Below are positions 25,130 through 39,031 of a stretch of 64,000 nucleotides of DNA, in pieces. Under the pieces are notes generated by a model, which did not search any database, was not told where the DNA came from, and saw only the letters and a program-made list of their open reading frames with translations. This DNA is from Raillietiella orientalis. Lineage: Eukaryota. Numbering within the stretch: position 1 is the first letter of the stretch; every line of letters starts with the position of its first letter. A program made the position numbers and the translations under genes. The stretch is from assembly GCA_036172245.1 (NCBI GenBank), contig JAYWIR010000048.1:496001-560000 (forward strand), read 5' to 3'.

Positions 25130-27030
25130 TGATAAAAGTAGGTCCTGAGGTTAAGCCGGTGATCTCCAAGAGCAGGCCACTGAGAATCAGCAATGTCAAG
25201 GACACATATATACCTTTGAATGTACAAGAACGAATGCAATTGTTGTGCTCGTTTCTGCTGAAGATACGCAGGAAACTGGACATCCCAAGAGTCTTCAGCC
25301 AGTAACCGGAGACCACTCGAAGAGCAGATTTTCGGATTTGCATCAATGGGGAGGATACGGACGCAATTCGGATAGAGAAGAAAATCCGACAAGGAGATGC
25401 CCTCCGTCCAATACTGTTCATCAATCGACGGCTGTCTTCAAGAAATCACGATCAATGAAGGAAAACTGACTCACCTGGAGTGTGTGGACAATCATCTCTT
25501 CTTTATAAAGAACAAGAGGGATCAGTGTGCGTCCCTGAGTGTAGTTAGGTCTAAGAAAAAAGGCTTAAACCTTCAGATCAATTTTAAGAAGTTGCAACTG
25601 ATGCCCATCGGAATCCTGAACCTCTTCACGTAGGCGTGTCAAGGATTCCGAGTGGCCGGAGGCATTGGCGACTCTTCGAGTGCGCAGATTTTATGGGAAG
25701 AAATCCTTGGGAAAGCAAGAGAAGAAGGGATGAAGTACGTCTGGATCGACTTCTGCATAAAGCAGAGGACCGAACGGCGTGCTCCTTCATGAGGTGCTCT
25801 GGAGATCATCCCTTTGTCGAAGACCAGTGGACAAGAGGATCCTAGTAGCAGTAGAAGAGCTGCAGAGGAAGCTTCTGTGGAAAGAATTCCATCCTCGGGT
25901 TAGTCTGAAACTCCTGTGTAGCTCGGGAGAAGGCGAGACCGGGATGAAGTCGCTGAAGCACTCCGTGGCAGCCGTAGACGTCTGGGAACCTGGATCTCAC
26001 CATGCAATGAGACAAGTGGCCGTTTGCGGCTCACAGAGCTCACTCGATGTTCAACCCCGGCGGTCTCGTGCCAGTTCTAACTAGCAAACCGGGGAAGTGG
26101 AGGGCATTCCCCTTCATATCCAAAAGAAAGCGGCCACTGATGAGGATTCACCAACTAAGAGAAGTGCCTCGCCGCAAAGAGCTTTGGAATGGGAAACTGT
26201 AATTAGAGATTTCTTGCTTCCTACAGGACCCAAGCGAGACGGGGACATGGATTCACTAAAGGCTCCGACTAACCAAAAGGGACTCCAAACAGTTCGGCTC
26301 TAGTGGCTGCTGCCACAAAATGCGACTGCATCGCTACTGCAAACAAATAATGAGGCGTTTCACTAGCAGAACACGTGAATTGTGAAAAACTCACAACAAC
26401 TATGCGTAGTCCAGAATAATGAAAAAGGAACTCTTTTCCAATAAAGATGGAAACCACGACGTCCTCCTCATGGCTTTCAGTTGCTGCGAGATCCAAAACC
26501 TGAAGCAACTTTTGAGCAGTTTGAGAGAAAGTTTGGAGGAGCGTCCTGCCACCGGACACTCAGGACGACCTCATCCTGTTTTAACACAGAGTTAACCTGA
26601 ATGGTTCCAGGATCAAATACTGGACATGAATTGTCCTGGATGAGTCTTGCAAGAGATGCGGGGTTAGGGAAACAAAGCTGCACGCGCTCACCTTCCCAGC
26701 GCTGCGCCAGGACAGGGCACTACCGAAGGCGGTGACAGCCGTGCAGACGAATTCAAGGATGGCAATACTGTTTGAGTGGGACGGCGACGTTCCTCGAAAT
26801 ACGATACCATGATACGTACAGCACTCGCCCTCTTCATCACGAGCGTTGTGGTAAGAAGGACAAACCTACGGAAAGCAGGAAGAACAACGACTGCCACGGA
26901 AAATCTTCAAAGGACTCATTCAGGAGTGGATAAGGATTAGAAAGTGTGGCCGGATCCCAGCCTGGACGTAGCACTACATCTTGCGAAAGACTGAAAATGC
27001 CGCCTGGGTGGACAGAATGCTCCAAACCTC
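25130..27030 (+). mobile_element. L1/Tx1-clade LINE, 5'-truncated and decayed ORF2 (RT plus zf-RVT)
   Basis: RICINGEDTDAIRIEKKIRQGDALRPILF (RQGD at 25387-25398); LTHLECVDN (degenerate YADD); GLNLQINFKK; RKLLWKEFHPRVSLKLLC...GETGMK; VWRSVLPPDTQDDLILF*H...CKRCGVRETKLHAL (26531-26690); IRTALALFITSVVVRR. AATAAA at 27179. Confidence 0.9.
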
Positions 27031-30000
27031 GTAGTGACCAGAAGCCAGTGGTCCGGTGACCAAACCCGGACTTGACCCAGTGATGCTCAGTAGGAAGCAA
27101 AGTTTGCATGACAAACACGATGGTGTCTGTTACTGATCGAGTAAGTGCTGTTGTTGTCATGTGCACCAGTAGATTTTGAATAAATTCATCCCACCGTTTG
27201 TTGGAAGGGGAACAACTCTGGTTCCTTAGACCACCTGAAATTCATCCCGTTTTCAGTGTTAGGGTGAGCAGGAAATCTGAGACATGGCAATGGAGTATGC
27301 TAAAGGGCTGCAGGGCCCATCGATGGCTTTATGTTTATGTTGTCATGCTGGAGAAATCGGTCAGTGAAATCAATGCTATCACAAAACTGTGAACTCTCAG
27401 TTCTAACTTTAGAAAAAGAAAAAATCTTGATCGTCCACCTTTAAACAATTTCCCTTCCTTTGAGCTTCGGAAGTGGCTTTGAAAATTCCTTCAAAGGCAA
27501 TCCGAGCAAGATGCAATGGAAACGCTAGCAACTGCTCTGATCGAAACGTTGCTGTAATTATAAAAATCAATGATCAGAGAGAGAAAACTCGTGGAGACCA
27601 ATATCGATGAATTCCGTCTTGGATTGGACCGTTCCTTCAGCCTGAGAAGTGCAGTAGTCTTTGCGTCTTAATGCGTTTTCCTGAAGTACTGAAGTTTGTT
27701 TCTTTCAGTGGATACTATTTCTCGTAACTTCGGTTTCGCTCATATCTTCATCTTGAGGGAATCAATACATTCAGTTAGGTATTATCGCTTACTTCAGGTT
27801 GCTGCTATTCATGAGCACCATCCTCTTCTTTTTGCCTAGAAAGCATTTTTTCCTAACTGGACGCATTCATATTCTGGCATCTCTAACTAAAACCTGAGGT
27901 GCCTCTTTCTTCGACTGTGTGGGCCTTCCGAGTTTTGGTCGAAGCTGCATAGCACTGAGAGTAGGGAGGAAGAATGGGAAAAGTTGATTGCTTTGATACC
28001 AGCTTCTCCGCACGAAAGATATCTTTTTTCCTCATATGTTAATGAGCCATGATCCAATGGAATGGAAAACATTTCTAGGGACGCTCATATCGAGCGCTGA
28101 TATGAAACGCAGTCTCGAGCCTTCTGAAGCGGTTTCTGGAAAAAAGCCTGTTGTCTCCTAGGAGGTTCCGGTTCCCATGTTAGAAAACACCGAGTAACCT
28201 GGAAGGGCGACAAAGGAAAACGCTCAAGAAAACTCGCGGCAGGATCAGAAGGCCTCTTTGGAACAGGATTGCACCTCCTTCTCCCGTCATCATCACAAAA
28301 GCGCCTCTGTACACTCGCCCAGCTGACTTCAGATAAAGATTCGTGCAAATCTTCACAACAAACAAACTTATTTATTCTTTCGCATCCTTGTTATGCAACT
28401 GTGCTGATCACGGAAGCTCCTGGACCAGGATGTGGAAAAAATGACCTCGATTCATCAGTGCTTTTCTTCCATTGATTGCCAATACAAAGACACTGACATG
28501 GTCACTGCGAAATGCTAGTGCGCATGTCACATTTCATGATGAGATTGGCAGAAAGTTTCAGTAGCTGGCAAATGATGTTGTGCTGCATGCGCCTTGGAAA
28601 ACGCAGGTCGCGCTCGCCTCCGATGTTTGCCGCGTTCCGTTTCTAAGCCTCTGGTACTCGGATGCTGGAAAATCGCTGAAACAGGCGAACGCGAGTTTTT
28701 CTGGAACTGATGTTCGTTCGAGATTCGTGTGCGCCCCAGTCCGTTCGCTGCAGTTCCTCAGACGGATCATGAATGACGCCTATGCAAGACACCTGACCAC
28801 TGTCTGGACAGAATTTTGCTCTTTGACTGGCTCTGTGATCGCGAAGGAGTTCTTGTAACCTTCCCGTGTCTCCAAGCTGCACAAAAGTTCGTCCTTCTAT
28901 AAGTATGGACCCGTTATTTCTCCGGATTGTCCCCTGACCCCCTGGCATCGAGCCCTGCACTCGAAAATCATTTTATGTGCCAGAGTTTTCCATTTCCCTT
29001 GCGTCACGTAACTTCCGATGGTAGCGCACATGCATCCCCGCAGAGTGCTTTTGTGCACGCTTCTGTGCATCCTGGAGCATCGCTCCTGTGCAAAAGGTGA
29101 GCTTCCTTTCTCCTTTATGATGGGGGGAGGCCCACCGCCTTTTCCCTGTGCTCCCCTGCACATTTCCTCCCGGCAAAGAAGCGTTCGCTCGTCCACTAAT
29201 GTCCGTCCAAGAGACGGCACGGTTTTCCGACACGCAGGACACCTTGATCTCCCGCGACACCACGGAGCGATTCTAAGGGCAAGGATTCTCCAACCCTTGC
29301 TCCGCCCTTTTCGCCCCAGCGCGGTGCTCCTGGAAGCATGGACTGACCGAATCAGCCCAACCTGACTCCGCACGGGACGGTAGGACAAAGGGCGGGCACC
29401 AGGCGGCCGTCCAGGCCCCTCTGCGTGCCGGAATGCAGCGGCTGTTTCAAAGCAACCGGTGCGATCGTGCGGCGGGTAAGGACAAATGAATCCTCCCGGA
29501 GGAGTGAGCAGAACGAGAGAGTGCGAACGAGAAAAAAGCAGTTCAGGGGACGCTCGTCGTGCGCGTGCAAATAGTCACATTAATTACTCCCGCCTATTTC
29601 CTACGGATCGTTGAGCCGCTTGCCGAGCAGCGGATGCAACGAGCAGCGGAGCAGCGGTCCTCCATCCCGCGAACACGTCGTGGACAATTAAGGAAAATCT
29701 TTTCCCGATAAAGCTGTTTGACCCGAGCAATTTAGCTGAGAGGAGTGCCGCTCTCCCGACCATCTCCGCCGGAACTGCGCGAGCAGTTTTCCGGTTAACC
29801 GGCCTGCCTGCGAGCTGTAACTTCGCCTCCGGACGGAAGAACGTTCCGGCACACTGCGAAGTGCTCGAGGGCGCCGCTTCCGATTCCTCCTGGTCCCACT
29901 CCATGCCTGGAAAACAGTAGTGTCGGAACTCCGCCTGTGCCCTCGAGGTAAACTCGAGGAGAGGTAAAAGCGCGTGCAGCAGAACGCTGGTCCACCTGCG

Positions 30001-30228
30001 CTCGGTCACGACGGCGGGGCAACGTGCGAGGAGCTTTTCCGCGGAGTAGCTGCGCATGCGCCTGGGAGAGTCAACCACGTGCTCAAGTCGAGTAGGTTGC
30101 TGTTCCCAAAGAGAGTTCTTAGAGCTGCTTCGTAGAGGAAGGAGGACTCACCGTGTTCGTCGAAGATTCCGTAAAAAGCACCGTCGAGGACCAAAAGGAA
30201 TCTCACCTCTCCGTCTAGCAAAAGAGCG

Positions 30229-30303
30229 AAACCAGGCAGACCGCTGTGATACACTCTTCAGAAGGAAATTTCGGGAGACATGCGTGCGGCACTGTGTCTC
30301 CTG
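30229..30303 (+). pseudogene. Annexin-repeat-like remnant
   Basis: KPGRPL*YTLQKEISGDMRAALCLL resembles G.SLE..I..E.SG.....L. Short match. Confidence 0.25.
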
Positions 30304-33300
30304 GAAACTCGTCAGTGGATGGGGACAGCATTCTCGATCTTGAAATCCGACATGACATGATCCACATGGAGCGAGGACACTACGATGGCTCGAAGAACGA
30401 AATTTCCAGCCTCTTTAACCAGGGGCCAATCAAAAAGTCCATCTTCTTGGGGATGGCCACCGGCGTCGAAGATTCTCAATGCGGCAACTCAAAGGGACGA
30501 TCCAAACTTCTGATCTACAGGTTACTCAGGTCCTCGGTGACCTGTAGGTCTGTTTGCTCTTTTCTATGGCGGATGCATCTGAACATCGAGATCAAACGGG
30601 ATGCTGAGAACGACAATGAATTCTTTTTCCCCGTTCTCTCCAACGTTTCACCCCTGATGACCTCGGTTCCCTGAAGCACCACCCTGCAGATAGATTGAGA
30701 AGGGAAACACGGAAGCGAGCAGCAGACAAGGAAAACTTCGCGCTCATCTCGGTGGGTGCCATGAGGTGGCGCGGGTGAGGCCCTGCGACTTCGCAGTTAC
30801 TCGCTAAGGTTCCCGGCAGCCTTATGCGAACTCCTCCCCAAAGCATCACCCGGTCGGCACGCTGCAGACGCTTGCAGCTTCCTCAGCCACGCTGCCCGTT
30901 TTCCTACCTTGCCGAGGTGTCGGCTCCACGATCTCCACAGTCTGCAGATCTGCTCCTCGAGCGGAACCCTCAAGAGGGCATGCCGCAATCGCTTAGCAGC
31001 AGGTGCAACTCACGAGAGACGGCAAGTTTCGATAACCTGCGAGGCAAATGCTGAAGACACCTCCTTCGGAGCTTCTTCCCCAAAGAAGGAGACCCTGGCA
31101 CCTTTTTTGCAATTCCAAAAAGAAGGCAAAGAAGGATCTGAGGACATTTTTAAATTTGGACGGAGTCACTATCCTCAATGACTTCAGGAAAAGGACATCT
31201 ATGTGACGATGACTTCAGGCACGCGGCAATGGTCAGATGTGAGGGTTGAGTGTCACATCACTGGGTCGTTTGAAGCGGGATCCCTGAAGCTATAGAGGAC
31301 ACCTCGAGAAAAGTTCGAAGAGAAAAATGCCCATGGGAATTTCGAATTGCCCGCAATATCTTCACCCGATCCAGAAGAACAGCCGGTGGCTCGGGTGCGC
31401 GTCACGTCTGAGCACCACCCCTGAGTTTCCTCGCCCTCATGCGCGCGGGAGATTTCTCGGTGCGCCGCCGCACGCGGCCCCGCAAGCAGTTCCGCAAGCG
31501 TCCCACGAGCGAGAATCTCATCGGCACCGGAGCTCCTCCCGACGGAGCTGCGGGAACGGTCCCTTGGCTTCCTCTGGAGCCGTCGGCGGGACTCCGCGCA
31601 GCGACGAGCTGCACGGAGCGTGGCGTCTCGATTTGTGGCCCCGGGGTCGGGCTGGCGAACCGCTGGATCGTCTGCCTGCCTGGAGGTCTGGGCTGGGGTT
31701 CCCGTCTCCCACGCGCTGCTGTTTAGGTCCGGCGTGACTGGTCGGCGCATCTCCTTGATCACAAGGACGGAATTCCGCGTACGCTGGTGGCAGATGTGTG
31801 GCGGCGGCTCCCACGCCATGCTCCCTCCGCACCCGGGGAACGATCTGCGCTGCATCCTGAAGGTTACCTCTCTTCCTCTGCCCCACGGAATCATCCCTTC
31901 CCTACTACGAGATCTGTGCTGCGCGATGTCTGGTCAAGGATGTCTCCGGCTCTTTCCTCAATGCGCGCTGCAGCCGTCATTCGTATCCCCAGCCGGAGGA
32001 GACTGCGCGTCTCCGAGTTAAGTCGATTAGGCACGGAGATTCCCGACACGCGCGCCTTCGCCCGCACCGCGTATGTGGTGTGCACACTCTCTCTCGGACG
32101 CTTCTCCCCCTCCCCTTTTCCTCGCCCCTGCGGCGGTGAAATGCAAATCGACTCGTCATCCTGTGGAATGGAGTAATTGCAACCGATCGAAGGATCCCCG
32201 TATCCAAGGCGAAGACGAGAGACTGCGAAATTCCAGCGGGAAAGCCAACCGGGAGGAGAGCGTCGCTCGCGTTAAGTCAGGGAGGAGGACGCCACGACGA
32301 ACGCGAGGCCGCAGCCCCAGACGGACCGGTCTTCCTCCATCCGAGACCATGTCGGAGAGGAGCACGAGGGGGTACGCAAGCTGGATGGCCCCCAAATCGA
32401 TGTCCTGGCAACAGGCCTCCCTCGAATCGAAAGTACTGCAGGGGCGTTCACTGACCTCAGAGGAAGTTTCTTTCCCCTTTTTTTTAAGGAAGAAAAAGGG
32501 AGAGGAAATCGAGATCTCGGCCCGCCCACACGGCTGGCGGAATAGAATATCGCAGCATCCTCTCATCCTGTCGCGAGAATCCCATGGGAAAACCCCTTGA
32601 TGGAGCGTTTCCGTCCCCCTTGCCCTGCCAAACCTGCTCTGGCGCAGGCAGTGCCACCCGCTCGGCATTTCGGCACCCGCTGGGCGTTTTGTCGCAATTT
32701 TCCAGCCGCCCTGCCTTCGGGTGCAGTGGAGGTCTCTCGGACCAGCTTCCTCCTGTCCGGTTGATGCCCCTCCCTCCCCACTGCACCCGAAGCCCGAGGG
32801 CTTCCTCGTTCAGCTCGCGCCGGATCGGAGAGACTTCCAGTTTCCTCGGCTGGGTCGCCATATCTGTCATCTCCGCTGTCACCAGCCTTGTGCTTCCCTT
32901 GCAGGACATCTGGAGAGCGACTCTCCTTGTTCCCCCGAACCAATCAGACCGGGACGTCTGCAAAGAGCACGCTTGGTCTAGGATGCTGAGTCGATCTCCT
33001 CTCCGTGGCAGGAGATAAGGACGTGGCTGCACATCTTCCGCGTGCTGCCTTCACGCTGAGGCGGACGGTCGCATCGTGCTGTTGCGCGAACGGAATGAAA
33101 ACGCTTCTGGCAGTGGTTCAGCAGGATCTGCAGCAGCATCTCATCCCATCTCGTCAGTCGATCTTATCTTATCTTCCGGCCACGTGCCGTACTGGAGAGA
33201 AAGGGTTCCAACCACACTGAGGATAGAAATAGGGAGGGGCTCAATAAGTGGATGGATGAGAGATGCTGCTATGGACAAGGCTCAATATCAAATGAGTAGG

Positions 33301-35262
33301 GCCAGAAGGGGAGGTAACGGGCTGCTATCAGCCGTGGTCCGTTCGCAGTTGCCCTGAGTCTCGCTTGTGCTTCACACCCGCGCTTGGATGACCACGCAAT
33401 ATCTGGCACGAACGCGGCAGAAGGTTAGCTGATCCACCCGTGGCGCGCCCTGGTAGCACTTTCGGAAGGAGGGCTTCTCAATGGGGGCACCCCTAGGGAT
33501 GCCACCACGGCAGAAGCACGATGGTGCTCCTGGTTTCGGCGCGCCGGCGGGCAGAGGTTTTCTTCTAGATAGGGGTGGTCCTCGCGTGGGATGCTTCACG
33601 GAAATTCCCGCGTGTGCGTCAGCGGAGCAACGCGCGCGCCTCTGGGACGAAAAAGATTTTTTTTTTTTTTTTCCCCCGTCCGGTCGATCGATTGACGCTG
33701 TTTCCCACAGCGATTTGGTCCGCCGCACGCTGCGTTCCCCCGTCCACGATCATCGCGCCACTCTGGAGGGAGGCGGCTGAAAGATGCGGCTTCATGAAAC
33801 AGAAGCCATCTTTCGACATTGAGATGCCCCATCCTCGGGCTGCATTGCAGTAGGGATCTCCTGCCCTGCTTCCGCCACTTCCCTTATCCGCATCGACAGA
33901 TAAGCAATCCTTTCTAGGGGAGAGCGCGCCCTGGAGAATCCCTTTCGGCTTCCCCTGGCAACGCCCGCTGCTTTCGTCCTGCGATTCGTTCCGCCGTGGG
34001 TAGGCGCACTCCGCGCAAGGACCAACTTCGCAGAGCCGCAGGAACAGGGACGCTTGCACTTCCCTGGGTACCCTTAGACTACTGGCGGACCTTTCCAGAG
34101 ATTCCGACGGAAGATGCCGGCTGTTTTTCCCGAAAGCTGCGAAGGTGTTGCAGCTGATGCAACTGCGATTTCGCTTGCCCTTGATGATGCGTTCTGAAGC
34201 AACTCCCCCCTCTTTGGGGGGGGTGATCTCCTTATTGCATTACCCCAACGAAACCGCCCTTCCTCAGACGGGACCGAGGACGCCCAACAGGGGAGAAGCC
34301 TTCTCAAAGCATGAGTTGCAGGCCATCAGGCTGAGGTCGCCGAAGAGTCTTTGGCATGACTATCGGTCCAGTCTTCGGATGCGGCTCCTTGTTCTTTTTT
34401 CTTCTGATTGTTTTTTTTTTCACTCTCTCTTCTGCTGGTTAGCCGCGCCTGTCCAGGAACTGCCCGGTCTATGCGGCTCGCTCCCGTGCTTTTCCGTCGC
34501 ATGAAGAGACGTCACGACTTCCCGAGCTCGCAGTTCCTCCTTCTCGGAACTCGTCCTCGCGCGGCCATTGCCCTCTAATTCATCGTCATTGGCTCCCCCG
34601 GAAGCGCTCCCATCCCTTTTTCCTTGACTACTGCTGACTTGCTGTTGACATTGCCTGATCGACGGGCTCAGCTGCAGAGTTCCGGTCCAGTTCATCTTCC
34701 TGACGCGCTCTCCAGATTCCTGGTTCCGTCCTGCTGCCTAGTTTTCTGGACCAACTCTTTCCTCGTGGAAAAAAGTTCGCGAGTCGTCCATCAGGTGGGG
34801 AACCTCCTCTTGGGAAGGACAACCGGATGCTGGTCAATGCGGTGGGAGCGCTCTACTTTATCTCAACAACAACAATCCTTCCAGGCTCGTCCGCTCGAGC
34901 GACCCTCGCGACAGACGCGATGAGGGTCGCCCGAATAAGGGACACCTAAAACGTCACAGCAAAAATCGCAGCTGCGCAATCGCATCACCAAGGTGATGGC
35001 CGAAATGCGCCCCTCTTGTCCACTTGTCCACCTAGCGATCCTGAGGTGACTCCGGGATTTCAGTGTGCGTGCGCGCACACCTCCGCGACCAGACCACGCA
35101 GTACGCGGAAGATAAAATGCAAAAGAAGGGAAGATGAGAAGGGAGGGGGGAGAGAAGAGGAGGAGGAGGAAAATCACGTGACCTCGGTTCGAACCATCCA
35201 AAAGAGTTCTTCTCCACGTGCATTTGCAAAGCAAGATGGATGCCCCCCATCAGTGAAAAAGG

Positions 35263-35352
35263 CAGCTGCCCCCAGGTATCCTCCAGATCATCCTCAGCCA
35301 CCTCCTCTCTTCCTCAAGAACGCAAGCTGCTCGACTTCATGGAGAAGTTTCT
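35263..35352 (+). pseudogene. F-box-motif remnant
   Basis: QLPPGILQIILSHL, then after a frameshift FLKNASCSTSWRSF. Confidence 0.35.
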
Positions 35353-36118
35353 GGAAAGCAGCTGCTACCTCCCTCGGAGACCGAGGCTGGTCAGCGCCAG
35401 AGGAAGCGCGACGCTGGCTGCGATTCGAATGCATTCTCCGGCCGCAACAAACGCACGGTGCGCGCCTTCGCTGAGAGTCCTTAAGGCTGAGAACGAAGTG
35501 CGAGCGTGGAAGCCTCGGGCAGGGGGAGCAGGAAAGCTTCTGCAGGACAGCGCAGTGCTGCTACTTTCTCCAAGACGGACGAGTGGGAAGACGGAGAAAG
35601 CAGGACGAGGGAGCGAGTAACAATACGAGAGGTCAACGAGAACACGAAACCACGGCGACCTTCTAGCGAAAGAAAACACGTTCTTCCCGTGTGGGCGCAT
35701 TTCCCGCGACGTGCGTGCTAAACGTGACGTTTCCTAGGATACGAGCGATGCCAGGTGGATTCCTTCCCCATGCTTGCCGTCTGGATGAACTCTTACACCC
35801 TACTTGAAGCCGGAAGGGTCTCATGCCGGCTGCCACACCTCCCGCGCATGCTGTCTGGCGCGGTTGCCGCCGCCAGCAGGTGGAGCCGCGCCGCACGGGG
35901 GAACGGCGAAGTCGGTCGGGTTTGCGTCGTCGAGCAGGTCACGGCGCGGTCCAGCCGTGCTTTCGGATGTAAGGGCGGCATGTTTCTCTCGAGGGAGCCG
36001 CAGACGACTTCCCTCCGCATGGACCGACGCCCAGTTGCACATCCGCGCTCGAGACTTTCCTCGAACGTTCGTCTCGCGCCGTCTCTAGGTTCCGCTTGCC
36101 ATCCCGCCATTTGAATGT

Positions 36119-36849
36119 GCTCCTTGAGGTTGCTGCCGCGACTCTTGCATTTGCCCTCGAAAGATCTTGATACGGATGCTCATGAATCCTCATCCGGCGG
36201 CGAGGCTGCATGCAGAATCTTTCCCAATCTTTCAGTGTCCGTATGTTTTTTCATGAGTTCACCAGTGCCCCAGGAGCGTTGGCGGTGCATTGGAAGTCCA
36301 GCCGCACGGTGAGGGCGAGAGGAATCGGTCCAGAGGCTGCTGACTGGTTCGCGTCCCGTACCCGTATGCCATCTGCCCGTCGTCACGCGGGGACCGCACC
36401 CTCGATGTCATCATCCGCACCTTCTTCGAAGGAGCGTCTCGATGCGTTCTCGTCCCGAAGGAATCCCATGGTTGTTTCGTGCGCGGAAGGCAGCCTCTGT
36501 ACCAGATGCCGAAGGGCACGCACGGTGAGGGAACTTGGGATCGCAGACTCGGTGGACGAGGGACAGCCAAGGGCCAAGTTCGCAAGGTCTCCTCGAGCAA
36601 GTGCTGTCGAAAGAAAAGAGCTACATGCACCACGCCCAAGGGAAGAGGAAATGATGATTGACCTGGTGGTGACCCGGACATCCTCCTTGTCAGCTGGGCT
36701 CGAGAACGCGGGGGTTCTCATCAGGAGTTGGCCTATGGTCACTGCGAACGGTTTCCTTGCATAGGCATCGAACCGACGCACCGACGGCTGCGGGACCGCC
36801 GCTTCGGGGGTCACTCAGACGGTGGGAATGCAGGCAAAAGAAGGTCGAA
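36119..36849. repeat. Left arm of a 731-bp inverted repeat
   Basis: Reverse complement of 39032-39762. The ORF track shows identical mirrored ORFs (36210-36764 + vs 39117-39671 -, and 36383-36814 - vs 39067-39498 +). Confidence 0.97.
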
Positions 36850-38041
36850 ACCTCGGTGATGCGACGCGTTGGGAGAACGGAGGGTCACTTCTGGACCACG
36901 ATGCAGGGGAGGGAAGACGTGATCGAGAGGATTCATAGAAATTGGGCTTAGCCAGGGTTCAGTCCTCCCTCCTCCAGTGCCGCTTAATCGCCCTGGGAGT
37001 TCGCCACCACCTGACCTCTCTGTCCAAAGCGAAGTCGTTCGTGTCCGAGCTGCGCCTACACTCACGCCCGTCACGACCTATTTCAGGCCGCCTCCCCTCC
37101 GCGTCAACTGCTGCTTCACCATCGGCCGAGGCACGCCGGGATACCTCTCCACGCGCGTCATTCCTGCTGCGGCATGGACCGAGCGGTGAGGGTGGCTTCC
37201 ATGAGGCCCAACTGAGCGGCCGGGACGAAGGTCGCACAGAACTGGAGCAGGGAGAATCCTCACCCCTGGGGAAAACCGAAGAAGGTGGGGATAAAGATGG
37301 ATACCGATTTGTCTCTCAGGATTCAGCAGCGGGGTCGTACCCGAGCTCACGGGGGAAAATCGCGACCACTGGAAAGGGTGGGTCCTTTCCTCGTGCGCTC
37401 GCTCCACGCTCAGAAGGCTTATCCTGGACAACAACTCGACCACAGGGGATGGATGACGGAATGGCGGGCTGGAAAGCAAAGGATAAGGAAAAAGGGGGTG
37501 GAGAGAATCACGTCCTCTGCAAAAAAGCATGGGAAGAGCCAAAGGGACATCTGAAGGGAGAACGATGCTCGCTCGTTCTTGCCCAGCTCGCAGTGTTGTG
37601 CCGGCCGATGTCCAGCTGTCCCTAACGGGACGCCGTATGTTGTCGGCTGGCACTGTTCTCCGTCTCGTTGACACTTTCAGGAAACCGAGAGCGAGCAGTG
37701 AAGGGATCCTTCTCGTGGTAGGAGGTAGCCCCGAGATCCGCAGGAGGTCACGCATTAGGAAGACAAGCAGGGACGGTCAGGGCGCGGATCCGTCGACGTC
37801 TGCCTCGCAGCGCCCAAGAAGAGAGGCAGGCGTGGTGCTTCCCATCCGGAGCACACCAGCGCGGAAAGCTCTCCTCCCCCGGCGACGTCGCCGCCTCGAT
37901 GACTAACAACCCTTATTTTCCCCTCCCTCATTCGATTAAGCGAGTGATCCCGGAAACTGAATTATCGCTGATTGACGCCTGACAGCCCAATTAGAAACGA
38001 TGGCTCGGCTGGCCGCCGCTCCTCGCCGGCAGTCAGTCAGG

Positions 38042-38077
38042 TCTTCCCGGCTGCTGAGCAACGAGCAGCCGGGAAGA
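38042..38077. other. Perfect 14-bp stem-loop in the spacer of the inverted repeat
   Basis: TCTTCCCGGCTGCT-gagcaacg-AGCAGCCGGGAAGA. Confidence 0.8.
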
Positions 38078-39031
38078 GCGGGCGGCGGGACTCCCGCAGA
38101 GCAAGCAGCAGCGACCTCCTGTCTCGCTTGACTAACAGATAGCGGACAAGTATCTGCAGCCAATCACAAGTCAGGACGCTCCGGAGTCTCCCGAGCCATC
38201 GTGGGTTTTCACTTTTGGAAGGAGGGGGATACAAGGGGGGGGGGGGAGAATTCTTTTCTTTTTCCCTTTTTAGCAGCCATTTCATTCGAATGGGGAGCTC
38301 CGCAAGATGGATGGCCCCTCCTCCATTTCCGCTTCCGGATGCCGTTCCTCGGCTGGACCGTCCGAGGCGTCCTCTTCCTTGTTCCTTCCTTTCCCTGCTG
38401 CCTGGGCGGCCACGCTTCGCGGTTCGCCGAGAGGCCGGCCGAGAGGGACAAACCTGGCGCGCTCGAGCAAGAAGTTCCCGGGATAAAGGATCCGTCCTGC
38501 AGCGGCTACGTGTTTCGGTCTGGTTTCCGCAGCGGCGAACAAAGACTCCATGCACGGACGAACTCTCCGGACACCGGAGCGCGCCACAGACGCGGCCACC
38601 GGTTCGTTCCCGTTCCCCCCTCACCACGCAGCATTGAGCGCCGATCGCTACCCCCCTACCTGGCCGGAAATCGGAGGCGGTTTCGTGGAAGCAAGGCTCC
38701 CGCGCCGCCGTCTTTCGCAGGTTTCCTAGCAACCAGCGGGGAGCGCGGAGCCTGACTGGAGCAGCTCGAAGGATAGCAGGGGGGAGGAGTGGAGATGATT
38801 TTGGGAGAAACGAGCGCTCCAGAACTGGAGAGAGGGAACCTGAGAGGGGGATAGGGGAATCCTTGGTGAGCCCGTCGGCAGCCTCAGTCCCGTCTGCTGG
38901 CTGCACTTCCCCACTTCGCCGCGAGAAAGCGCGCACAGGAATGGGGAGACAAAAAGGACGATCGCCATCAGGACTTGCCGAGTGCAAGTCCACGCTTTGG
39001 TGTGAACCACCACTGAGCCCGTGATTCCAAG

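Noticed and set aside
28400..28450. VLITEAPGPGCGKN, Walker-A-like
   Set aside because: Lacks the S/T after GK and has no Walker B or NACHT context.
38037..38993. Longest listed ORF (318 aa), and other long GC-rich ORFs in 31-45 kb
   Set aside because: Arg/Gly/Ser/Pro-rich, open in several overlapping frames and without recognisable domains, as expected by chance at high GC.
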